Of a stretch of DNA of 64,000 bases, positions 36,891-45,908 are shown piece by piece. The notes under the pieces are model-generated. The model saw only the letters and a list, made by a program, of their open reading frames with translations, was not told the DNA's origin and made no database searches. Position 1 is the first letter of the stretch. Each line of letters starts with the position of its first letter. Where the stretch lies: positions 10,002-74,001 of IMG/VR virus record IMGVR_UViG_3300029288_000153; one strand, 5' to 3'. Origin of the DNA: a virus. Lineage: Duplodnaviria; Caudoviricetes. The translations under genes and the position numbers were made by a program.

Positions 36891-38916
36891 TGACAAGTTG
36901 ATGAGTGCTTCGTTAGATGCCGCTCGCCGTGGTGATTGGCAGAGGGCCATCGATCTGGCCAGACAGGTGCCTAAAAATTGGGACGTCTGGCAACAATTCC
37001 CGTCGATCGCGTTAGGTGACGAAGGGCAGGGGGCGGGGCTCCCTGATAGCGCCGTACACGCCATCATGGATGTAATCCCACAACAAAATCTGCTTGGATT
37101 TCTCTACGAATATTCCACTAACCTACCGCCGACGGCCGGGGTGGAGGTACTTGGTAGAGTGGCCGATGCCGCAAAGGAAGACTATCTAACTACAGATAAC
37201 GTGACCCAGCACCCAAACTTCAAACTCGACCCTCACTCTAAGGCCCTAAAAAACGCCAGTGACTTCTGGGCAACATACGAGACGGAGGTAGGTGCTCATC
37301 ATTTTGCGGTGGTGAAGAGTCTGTTCACCGGCCGCCCCGAGGAAGTGGTGGATCATAGAGGTCAATCCGGTTCATCTGAGCAGCATATTCATCTGCTGCC
37401 TGATCTATCCGTATATGCCCAAGAGGTACAGCGCGCTGTATTACACGACGCCAATGATCGAGGGCATCAGATCAGGTACTTCGGCGCCGAGCCTCATATT
37501 AAGGTGTATCGCGGTGTTGGTGGCCGATACGCGGCGGAGATAAGTAAGGCAGCCAACTATGATCCGGTAAGCGGTAAGGTAGACGGCAAGAATTTACGTA
37601 TTCCAACATCCCACTTGACCTCGTGGTCGACCGACCCTACGCTGGCTCATCGTTTTGCTACCACGCGAGCTACCGACCAAGAGACGGCGAACCGACCTGA
37701 ACATCAGGTCGGTGTAGTGGTAGAAAAATGGATGCCGGTTAAGAATATTTTACACTCAGGATATCATACCGTGGTGCCCAGTCAGAATCATCCACATGCA
37801 GACGAGGAAGAGTTGGTGTTCGGCCATATGAACGAACATGTCAAGGTACCAACCACCTCCATACATTTTTTATCGCAACCTACATCGGAGCAGGGCTATC
37901 AGTACCCGTGGGGGTCGAAACGTGGGGTGGCTCGTCCGAGCCCCTCGACGGCATCAAGGTCCCCGGGGGCACTTCACAAAGACGAACAAGATACCAAGGA
38001 GCCTTATTGGTGGCATGGGACACCTAGTGGCGACATGAGGGGTGGATCGACGGGTCTTCATATCGGAACCAAGAAGGCCGCCACCGAGGCCTTAACGGCT
38101 CGTATCGGACACCCCGTGGAGGGTAGTTGGGATGGCACCAGGGAGTACGGTAAGACCCTGTTGGCCGGGAAAAAGACGTTACGGGCTCGTGGTATCTATC
38201 CCACCGGATATAGTGCCGAGTTGGCGCCTGAAGAGGATTTTTACGCCGATTCCATGCCACGGTTTTCGACCGACGTGCCAATGCTGCCTACGCATAAGCC
38301 TATAATATTTCCTGTCGCGATAGTAGGTAAGATGTCCAACACTCCACAGACACCTCATGCAGACTTTGCGGCCAATAGCAGGATGAAATCAGCTTTGCAG
38401 CGAGGTGTGGCTCGTAGGGGGTACTACTACGCCAACATTGGCGAGGACGCAGGAAATATCAGCGCGGTGCTACCTGGTCCCGAACACGTGCGGCGGCTTG
38501 ATGGGTTAGGCAAGTCAGAGGTGGAAATCGACCCCCACGTGGTGGTGGCCATTGTGGCCCAAGATGGACTGGGGCGTATCCTATGGGGGCGGAAGCGGAG
38601 CAACAAAAAATGGTGTGTGCCGGCCGGTCACGTAAATTTAAACGAACATCCGGTGGATGGAGCCAAGAGGGAGCTGGGTGAGGAGACCGGTTTGATCCCT
38701 CGGCAGATGTGGTTGGTGGGGAGCGGGAATACCGCCGATGGGTCCATTTACGTCTACTACTGCGTGGTGGACGGTACTGTCACGCTCGCGCACGATCCAG
38801 ACAACGAATTCGCACAGCTGATTTGGGTGGATTGTCTACGTGGTTTGCCCGACTTTATTCGGATGAATCTAGCGCACGCGCCCGATCTGGTCTGTGAGTT
38901 GATGGGGTGGCAGTAG
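36883..38916 (+). CDS. multidomain virion-type protein: R-S-E ART-like + HGT ART-like + NUDIX hydrolase
   Basis: VYRG..TSWS..DEEELV; WHGT..GLHIGT..YYYANIGEDAGNIS; perfect Nudix box GHVNLNEHPVDGAKRELGEETGL. Confidence 0.8.
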   Translation: MDNDKLMSASLDAARRGDWQRAIDLARQVPKNWDVWQQFPSIALGDEGQGAGLPDSAVHAIMDVIPQQNLLGFLYEYSTNLPPTAGVEVLGRVADAAKEDYLTTDNVTQHPNFKLDPHSKALKNASDFWATYETEVGAHHFAVVKSLFTGRPEEVVDHRGQSGSSEQHIHLLPDLSVYAQEVQRAVLHDANDRGHQIRYFGAEPHIKVYRGVGGRYAAEISKAANYDPVSGKVDGKNLRIPTSHLTSWSTDPTLAHRFATTRATDQETANRPEHQVGVVVEKWMPVKNILHSGYHTVVPSQNHPHADEEELVFGHMNEHVKVPTTSIHFLSQPTSEQGYQYPWGSKRGVARPSPSTASRSPGALHKDEQDTKEPYWWHGTPSGDMRGGSTGLHIGTKKAATEALTARIGHPVEGSWDGTREYGKTLLAGKKTLRARGIYPTGYSAELAPEEDFYADSMPRFSTDVPMLPTHKPIIFPVAIVGKMSNTPQTPHADFAANSRMKSALQRGVARRGYYYANIGEDAGNISAVLPGPEHVRRLDGLGKSEVEIDPHVVVAIVAQDGLGRILWGRKRSNKKWCVPAGHVNLNEHPVDGAKRELGEETGLIPRQMWLVGSGNTADGSIYVYYCVVDGTVTLAHDPDNEFAQLIWVDCLRGLPDFIRMNLAHAPDLVCELMGWQ

Positions 38917-38970
38917 TCGGTACGTGCCGCCGTGTTATAATGATGATGCGGGCTACCGACAAGGAGACGT

Positions 38971-39249
38971 ATGTTGGAAATGAACATAAAAATCTACGAC
39001 AACGGTAGGGTTTGTCGGTTTTTTGGCACAGAGCGCGAAATGGAGACCAAATTACGTCATATGTTCCCGACTGAAACCCAAAATGTTCGGGGATTAATTG
39101 GCTGTGTGGATGCGATTACTCAAGGTGGGTTCGCTGAGGTCGAGGTAGAGAATTGGCACGAACCCCCCGAGCGGAACGTGTTGCCTGAGGACTATCTTAC
39201 ATCTGACTCGGGAGATGATCCTTGGGTCCGGGAAGGGGACCGAGAGTAA
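38971..39249 (+). CDS. hypothetical protein
   Basis: GGAG RBS; TGT-TATAAT just upstream. Confidence 0.6.
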   Translation: MLEMNIKIYDNGRVCRFFGTEREMETKLRHMFPTETQNVRGLIGCVDAITQGGFAEVEVENWHEPPERNVLPEDYLTSDSGDDPWVREGDRE

Positions 39250-39301
39250 TCTGAGATGCGTTGTCCGATAGGCGAAAGTGCCGCGATGTAATCTAATCAA
39301 C

Positions 39302-42300
39302 ATGGCCCTCAAGCCGACCACCCTTTCAGTCACCGAGTTGGACCCTCAGCAAATTGCTTCCAGGGTGGTAGATCAAGTCGATCAATCTACTAAGTACCGT
39401 ACCACAGATCCTACGCAAGAGCGGGAGTTTACGGCCCGAAAGAAACCCGCCCCAATCTATAGCCCTCATGATATAGACGAAGCCCCCGACGAAGCCCCAA
39501 ACCAAGGCATTGAGTACCCGGCGATATGGAAACAGAAGGCTTCGCTGACCCCCACGCAGTTAGTTATTGCCCATAAGTTGATGGGGCATATGTCGTCTTC
39601 CACCCCTCTTTCTGCGCCAGATCTATATCGAGCCTACAAGCATTCACCACAAACCCCCGCCTCCGTTTTTTTGAAGTACTCCGTGCATCGGATCAACCAT
39701 CTAGACGACTACGGCGATCCTCGAAAGGCACATGATTTAGATAAACAGTTCTTGGGGTTGGTGCAGAGAGGCAAGGCTGAGGATAAAAATGGTCATGTGT
39801 CTGTTTCGGATCTACACGGCTGGACACGCCGCCACGCCGCCAGGATTATTCCCGAGATACTAGCGATCCGAGATAAACATCAAAAACACATCTTAAGAGG
39901 TATTGGGTTAAATGTCCGGTCGATCAACGGCCAACCTCATGTGGCTCTGACCAGAGGGTTGGAGTCAGATTTTATGAGCGACGAGCATCCACTATCTAGT
40001 CACGCGGATAAGCCAGAAACTGGATTCGGTTTATGTATGCACCATAGTTGGGTACCGGTACGTGATCTATGGTATTCGTTTGATTTAGGAACAAAATATA
40101 GTACGGGGAATATGGGCCCTGAGGACGAATATCTGATATCCAATACGTTACCTAGGTATCAGGCAACTCCCAATGACGTCACGATGGGGCGCATTAAGCC
40201 TTATACATTAGATAGCGGTGTTGGCGTTCCTGAGAGCGAGTATGCGTACGACTCTGATACTGATCAGCAATTAGCCGCCAAGGTAAATGCGTTGCCGGCG
40301 GATACCTCCTCGGCTCTCGATGGGTTGTTAAATCAGATATATCAACTCCCAAATGCAGGTGCGGCCGTTTACGAGGCGGTCAAAAAAAAGCTCCCGAACT
40401 TCCACCATATTAAAAGTGACTACTATTGCTATAAATGGTATCCGCGCGAAGAGATCATGCGCGACTACGGCAATGTCGTTGATATAGCCCGTGCCGAACC
40501 TTTACAGAACCCCAATCTGACTTCACAGGATTTAGACAAATTAAGTCGGGCTGTATTAAATCCGAGTTTGCTTCGCCCCGAGTCGCACCCGGATCCCGAA
40601 AGGGCTAAGAGAGATGTCATTTTAGAGTGGATGCGGCATCCATCCATGACCTCACATGTCTTAGAACGTACATGGAAGAACACTCCGTCAAGCAATCCTC
40701 TTCGAAGTCGGTTATTGGAATCACCTCTAGCTACCCCCGTGATGCTACAGGAGGTAACTGACCAGATCGATGACGATAAAGACAACGATCACGCGGTTAC
40801 GTCTTTATTGGGGGTCGTCCGCAACCCCCATCACACTGAAAAGCATGGACAGGTGGCATATGATTGGGCGGTGCGACATGGATTATTCGACGATACGGCG
40901 ATAGTAGGCGGTTTGCATGCTATAGTCACCGCCGCCAAGTTGCCGATTCAGACTGTTCGCCAGATGGCGGACAAACAGGATACGTTTGCAGGTAGGCAAG
41001 TACTCAAGAGATACGTTTCCTTCAATCCCCGCGCCGCCCCTAATATAGCACAGCTCGCTGTTGAAGGAAAAGTTTCTCGTGAACATCTGAATTCAAGATT
41101 GACATCCCTCCGTAAGCTCGAATCAGAGCTACAGATGCCATATCTACGGATGTTACTAGATGGCGACGTGGCGAATATTAAGAAGCTAAAAGCGAATGTG
41201 TCAGGGCGCGATGCTTATGATGTGGCGATTAATTCTAGTTTGACTCCGGAGTCGATCAGATTGTTGAGTCACTATCCGATTAAAAGTGTTCGCAACGCGT
41301 TATTTCACAACAAATCCGTATTGCCCGAGCAGATCAAAGAAGCGTTTCCAAAGGAGCTACCGTTTCCTCAGCCCCCTACCCTACTGGCCCCCCTACCCTC
41401 AACTGGCGATCCTATTGCTGATGAGATAGCCGCTGCGTATTATAGCCGCAAGGCCTACGAGGATCAAAGGAACAAGAAACATTTAATCAAACCTCTGCCG
41501 CCTGATCTTGCGAAGTCTGATGTGGATATGTGGCGAGCGCAGGTCCGCGAGTGGTTGGCCGACCAGGAAGTGAAAGGGTACTACCTGGTAGTTGATCAAG
41601 AGCATGCCACTAATATAGTACGAGATCAAGCTATTGAACCGCAGTTTACCGATAGGTTGTTGGAGGGGGAGGCGATTTTTGCGCACAGAGCCTCTCCTGT
41701 ATTTATCGGCAATTGGCACCTGACCGCTCATCCGGATGACGTGTTGGTTTATTTCGAGACTTCTAGTCAACCTCAACAACAAGGTGACGAGTACTACTGG
41801 ACTGCTCGGATTCCAATCGAGAACGCTCGTATAGTCGATGTGGCCACGCCGCTGGCTAAGTTTCAAACGCCGCTTATGTTCCCGGGGTTGGGAATATCAG
41901 ACGATCGTCGTGAAACCAAGATTATACAAACACCTACGGAACGCAAAGGTGTGGCGAGAGCTGCTGCCGCACAGGCGGTACGAGAAAATCAGGTCGGGGA
42001 TGTGTCGTTTGATCCTCAAGTTAACATTAAAATAGCCAATAGGGCCTATGGTCGTTATCGGAAATTAGTGACTGAGGGATCTTCTCCTGAAGGGGTGACC
42101 TTCGAGGGGGTGGCGGGGGTAGGTCATCCGGGTTTTGGCATTAAAAAACAGGATAGAGAGCGAATCCCAGGAGCCGGATCTGGACAGTCTGCTATATCCA
42201 TTGCCGTTGTGCCTGCCCAAGACAACGCGGGGGACAAGGGGGTTCCGGCCACGGTAGTCCACGAAAATCTACATCGTATTTTTTCGCGGGTGCAACATCG

Positions 42301-43870
42301 TCATGGCACGTCGGCCCGAAACACACTAGCAACGAATCTGCTATACGCCCTACCACAAGACACCCGAGAGGCGATATCGGAGCATATGTTATATCAAAGA
42401 ACCGACCTGCCTCCTGGGCCTGGGTGGGATGAGGAAGCGCTGACCATGTTGGGATCGTACTTGAATGACCCAAAGGCTCGCAGATCGTTTCACGACAAAC
42501 AACAGCACTCCCCTGAGCAAGAGCAGCAATTTTCGGAGAAGATGAAGCGAGCATATAAGACCCTACACGCTATCTCGGGAACTGTACACGAAGGGTGGTT
42601 ACATCGCTTGCGTCCGTGGCTACATAAAGGGCAAGGTGAAGTGCCGGCCCATCAGCTAATTGACGTGGATTTAGGCAAATCGGACTCTATCGGGTTCATT
42701 TTATCGGACGAAAAGGTGTTTGGGGCCGGCGAGGAGTCGGCTGCTAATATGTTGTTGGGGCATAATAAGCACCACGATGTTGCCGTGGCGGCGGCTATGT
42801 TTTTGGTGGGTCGCAGCCGCTTGCCCGACGACGACGCATTTCGTACTGCCATGCGGGTCTATGATGGAGACTACGAGAGTGCTGCATTGTTCTCGGTGGG
42901 GCTAACTAACTCCACAGAGAATCTGCGAGCCCTAAGGGCCGCTATTGAGTTAGGTGAGTTCGATAAGACACTATCTAAGTCCGAGTATCCAACGACGCGC
43001 ATTGGGTCCGTGGGGGCCGGTACAGTAGACGCACAAGATACTGCCAATCAAGTAGCCAGAGGGGTGACGGCCGGTTTGGTGCGAGCACTTCATCTCCGTG
43101 GCAAGCATTCGGCCGGCGCCACGGCGGTGCGTGATCCTCAGACAGGTGGTGTCTGGCTACTTAAGCCAGCTGCCAATAAGCCTAGTCCAGCTAAGGGGAT
43201 TAGAGAAGACCCGTCCAGTCAGTCTGAGCGCGAGGCGGCTTTTTGGCATTGTGCTCAGGTAATGGGTTTGGAGAGGTATATGCCTCGCTGTGACCTATTA
43301 GTAGTCGACGGACATAAAGTAGCGGCCATCAAGCTGTTAGGCGATAGGTGGCATGGTTTATCGGAGCGCGACAAGGCGGTTGCAAATAGAGCTGTAGAGA
43401 TTCTGACTCCATATTTGCAACGTGGAGATGTGCATCGGTTCGCGATTATGGATTGGGTGCTGGGCCAGGTAGATAGGCACGGACAAAACATCCTGACAAC
43501 CAACCATGCTATTGCGTTGATCGACGAGGGGTCTACGTTTGCTGCCGCGGGCTTCAATCCGGGCTGCGATACTAAGTCGTTCGTCCCTTATTATCTTAGA
43601 GTATTTGCTCCGAGTGGTTTTTCTACAAAAAACCCCGACGATCGGGCGCGTGGTTTACCTGTGCTGGAACACGAGGTTGATGCACAGGTGCGTCAATGGG
43701 TCAAGAATATCGATCCCGCTACGCTATTAGAAACAATGTCTCGATACGGGATCGGCGCCGTTGCGCAGAAAGCGGTATTATCGCGGCTCGACGCCCTACA
43801 ACACGCCACCGTGTCGTCGATTAGCTCGTATGTCAATCAATTGTGGTGTGGTGTTCACTCCCACGATTGA
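39302..43870 (+). CDS. ~1520-aa polyvalent virion-type protein: ART-like, HEAT/LRV-like, HExxH peptidase and PI3/4K-HipA-like kinase
   Basis: LTRG..LSSH..PEDEYL; VVHENLH..DEEAL; WLLKP..EREAA..DRHGQN..IDEG. TAATCTA lies 6 nt before ATG 39302. Confidence 0.8.
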   Translation: MALKPTTLSVTELDPQQIASRVVDQVDQSTKYRTTDPTQEREFTARKKPAPIYSPHDIDEAPDEAPNQGIEYPAIWKQKASLTPTQLVIAHKLMGHMSSSTPLSAPDLYRAYKHSPQTPASVFLKYSVHRINHLDDYGDPRKAHDLDKQFLGLVQRGKAEDKNGHVSVSDLHGWTRRHAARIIPEILAIRDKHQKHILRGIGLNVRSINGQPHVALTRGLESDFMSDEHPLSSHADKPETGFGLCMHHSWVPVRDLWYSFDLGTKYSTGNMGPEDEYLISNTLPRYQATPNDVTMGRIKPYTLDSGVGVPESEYAYDSDTDQQLAAKVNALPADTSSALDGLLNQIYQLPNAGAAVYEAVKKKLPNFHHIKSDYYCYKWYPREEIMRDYGNVVDIARAEPLQNPNLTSQDLDKLSRAVLNPSLLRPESHPDPERAKRDVILEWMRHPSMTSHVLERTWKNTPSSNPLRSRLLESPLATPVMLQEVTDQIDDDKDNDHAVTSLLGVVRNPHHTEKHGQVAYDWAVRHGLFDDTAIVGGLHAIVTAAKLPIQTVRQMADKQDTFAGRQVLKRYVSFNPRAAPNIAQLAVEGKVSREHLNSRLTSLRKLESELQMPYLRMLLDGDVANIKKLKANVSGRDAYDVAINSSLTPESIRLLSHYPIKSVRNALFHNKSVLPEQIKEAFPKELPFPQPPTLLAPLPSTGDPIADEIAAAYYSRKAYEDQRNKKHLIKPLPPDLAKSDVDMWRAQVREWLADQEVKGYYLVVDQEHATNIVRDQAIEPQFTDRLLEGEAIFAHRASPVFIGNWHLTAHPDDVLVYFETSSQPQQQGDEYYWTARIPIENARIVDVATPLAKFQTPLMFPGLGISDDRRETKIIQTPTERKGVARAAAAQAVRENQVGDVSFDPQVNIKIANRAYGRYRKLVTEGSSPEGVTFEGVAGVGHPGFGIKKQDRERIPGAGSGQSAISIAVVPAQDNAGDKGVPATVVHENLHRIFSRVQHRHGTSARNTLATNLLYALPQDTREAISEHMLYQRTDLPPGPGWDEEALTMLGSYLNDPKARRSFHDKQQHSPEQEQQFSEKMKRAYKTLHAISGTVHEGWLHRLRPWLHKGQGEVPAHQLIDVDLGKSDSIGFILSDEKVFGAGEESAANMLLGHNKHHDVAVAAAMFLVGRSRLPDDDAFRTAMRVYDGDYESAALFSVGLTNSTENLRALRAAIELGEFDKTLSKSEYPTTRIGSVGAGTVDAQDTANQVARGVTAGLVRALHLRGKHSAGATAVRDPQTGGVWLLKPAANKPSPAKGIREDPSSQSEREAAFWHCAQVMGLERYMPRCDLLVVDGHKVAAIKLLGDRWHGLSERDKAVANRAVEILTPYLQRGDVHRFAIMDWVLGQVDRHGQNILTTNHAIALIDEGSTFAAAGFNPGCDTKSFVPYYLRVFAPSGFSTKNPDDRARGLPVLEHEVDAQVRQWVKNIDPATLLETMSRYGIGAVAQKAVLSRLDALQHATVSSISSYVNQLWCGVHSHD

Positions 43871-44240
43871 TGAGTTGAGGTAGTTTCGGGGAAGACGATA
43901 CGATATGGAGGAGCGCCAGGGCCTCAGCTGAGCATCTGTTTTCTGCCCAGTTTATTATTTGACCTTGAGGTAGCCCCAACATGCGCTCAATATACGCCAA
44001 AGGACATCTTTTTTGAGTGAATAAGTCGATGATTTTGAGTAACGCTGTTTGTCGGGCCTTGGCTATGGCTTTGTTGATCTTGTTGTCGTTTACGTGTCTG
44101 AAATCGCCTGTCAGCGAGCAGTCGCGACATATATTGATTGTTTCGCGATATCTTACGGTGCTGGCTATGGGCACTTGCAATATCGTATCCGTGTAGGATG
44201 TAGATATCGACGTGGACCGACATCCGGGGCATTGTGTCAT
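43833..44240 (-). CDS. MqsA/YgiT-like zinc-finger + HTH protein (orphan antitoxin-like)
   Basis: CPGC...CRDC, then LAYIERMLGLPQGQIINW...ALALLHIV..SPKL; probable start ATG 44240. Confidence 0.65.
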   Translation of the reverse strand: MTQCPGCRSTSISTSYTDTILQVPIASTVRYRETINICRDCSLTGDFRHVNDNKINKAIAKARQTALLKIIDLFTQKRCPLAYIERMLGLPQGQIINWAENRCSAEALALLHIVSSSPKLPQLINRGSEHHTTID

Positions 44241-44260
44241 TTGATTTGATCGTGAGCAGG

Positions 44261-44569
44261 TCATTTGCGTCTCCACTTCATCATCGCGTCGGCAATCTGA
44301 TAGGCGCGGCCTACGATGGTGTCGGCGTATGGATCGACATGAGATACGGCATTTGCGTCAGTGACGATTCCTTGCATGGCTATCTCGGCGATCCGGTCCC
44401 GCTGTCCCGGTGCCAACGGATGCTCAGAGCACCACCAGTCGGCATATCGATTCACTCCGTGTTCGGCCTGTAGCACCAGCGCGTGATGACACTCACCTGG
44501 CCGTGAAACACCTAAGGAGATCCAATATGGGCACGTATCACAGCGCAACTGCGGATTAGATTCAGCCAT
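44261..44569 (-). CDS. hypothetical phage protein, Cys/His-rich N-terminus
   Basis: CDTCPYW..GECHH..WCSEH plus the RDRIAEIAMQG...AYQIADAMM motif common in phage ORFs. Confidence 0.7.
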   Translation of the reverse strand: MAESNPQLRCDTCPYWISLGVSRPGECHHALVLQAEHGVNRYADWWCSEHPLAPGQRDRIAEIAMQGIVTDANAVSHVDPYADTIVGRAYQIADAMMKWRRK

Positions 44570-44657
44570 TAGTCAATCCCGTCTCGGTGAGTTTCATGTT
44601 GTTGGTATCTTTATCTTGTTTGGTTAGGCCCCAAACATTACATATGTCGATATTATA

Positions 44658-44825
44658 TCACGATCCTTTGAGTTGGAGGTAGATTTTCAACGCAAAAAAT
44701 AATATCCCCAGTCCGGCCGCGTATATTAAGATGCGCCAAGTGAACTTACGACTCCAAATTAACCCAGCGATCACCACAGCAACGCCGCACCCCGGTATGG
44801 CCCAATTAGGTAATATGAAATCCAT
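44658..44825 (-). CDS. 55-aa two-TM membrane protein (not in ORF track)
   Basis: GGAG RBS; MDFILPNWAIPGCGVAVVIAGLIWSRKFTWRILIYAAGLGILFFALKIYLQLKGS. Confidence 0.6.
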   Translation of the reverse strand: MDFILPNWAIPGCGVAVVIAGLIWSRKFTWRILIYAAGLGILFFALKIYLQLKGS

Positions 44826-44849
44826 ACTATTTGGCTCCGTGTAGGGTAT

Positions 44850-45242
44850 CTACATAAATCTAGGGTACGTCCAGACGAGCTTGTCGGCGCCTTGAGGTGT
44901 CATTGGCGCGTATTGGCTTAAGTTGCTGATCATGTATTGAACAGCCACCGGATTAGCGGAGTGTAGGATGAGTTTACGGGGCCACATCAATAACCCATCC
45001 CTCTCCTGCGCAGTGATTAGTCGCTTTATTATTTCCCGCCCCTCGTTTTCGAGCCCAGGTACTCCGAGGTCGTTGTCGAGCGAGCAGGTGTCGACGTTGT
45101 AAGTGCACAGTAGCTCCCAGCACTCATCTACCGTCTTAACGCTCCAGCATTCCTTCACCGTCTTAGGATCATAGAACCCTTTTGGGGGCGTACGTTCGTC
45201 GTCCAGGTAGACGGCTATGAGATGTGTCCTGTACGTAGTCAT
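44850..45242 (-). CDS. cyclic-phosphate-processing receiver-like domain protein
   Basis: VYLDDER.PP, SLDNDLG, LHSANPV. Confidence 0.75.
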   Translation of the reverse strand: MTTYRTHLIAVYLDDERTPPKGFYDPKTVKECWSVKTVDECWELLCTYNVDTCSLDNDLGVPGLENEGREIIKRLITAQERDGLLMWPRKLILHSANPVAVQYMISNLSQYAPMTPQGADKLVWTYPRFM

Positions 45243-45898
45243 GGTTGGCTAAAGGCGAGAGCCCTGGTGGTTTTTGTGATTATCACCTTTTCTATGTTTT
45301 GTACAGTGGATCTACTTACCCCGTATTTCGTAGATAGGATCCCAAGATCGGTCGGATTATAAGACAGCAGACGACCGTACACTACCTCTCGACACAGGTT
45401 GGCGTCATATCTACTACGATGCCCCTTAGTCAATCGATCTATCACTCCGCATAAGGTACGGCGCAAGTGGGCGGCTCGATCCTGTTTGATTGCCGCATCT
45501 TCGGGGGTGTCTTCGGGGGACGTCGTAGACTCAAAATAGGATCTAGCTCCGTCGCTGCTCGTGTCGTCTATCGATACGTCGGCCTGGGCTTTTGTTCGTA
45601 CATTGCGTACCACGCAGGAGGAGCCGGCGCATCGGTATCGCTGGATGTAGGTGCGTACCCACTGAGCCGCGTAAAAGCGGAACTGCAGCCCTTTGGCGGG
45701 ATTAAAGTTTGGAATAACATCCCTAATGATCGTCATTCTGCCCACTTGAGCCAGATCCTCTCGTTCACTGGATGGGCACTTGGTTTTGGCTACTATGGCG
45801 GCGATATCTCGCTCGCAGTACTTGATCAGCGCTTCGACGGCTCGTTTGTTGCCTGCCTTGGCTGCGCAGGCGAGGCGGTTTTGGTCGTTGGGGGTCAT
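45239..45898 (-). CDS. second sigma70-family factor (regions 2 and 4)
   Basis: AKAGNKRAVEALI, EREDLAQVG, FNPAKGLQFRFYAAQWVR, KYGVSRSTVQNIE. Confidence 0.8.
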   Translation of the reverse strand: MTPNDQNRLACAAKAGNKRAVEALIKYCERDIAAIVAKTKCPSSEREDLAQVGRMTIIRDVIPNFNPAKGLQFRFYAAQWVRTYIQRYRCAGSSCVVRNVRTKAQADVSIDDTSSDGARSYFESTTSPEDTPEDAAIKQDRAAHLRRTLCGVIDRLTKGHRSRYDANLCREVVYGRLLSYNPTDLGILSTKYGVSRSTVQNIEKVIITKTTRALAFSQP

Positions 45899-45908
45899 GG
45901 TTGGTCCT

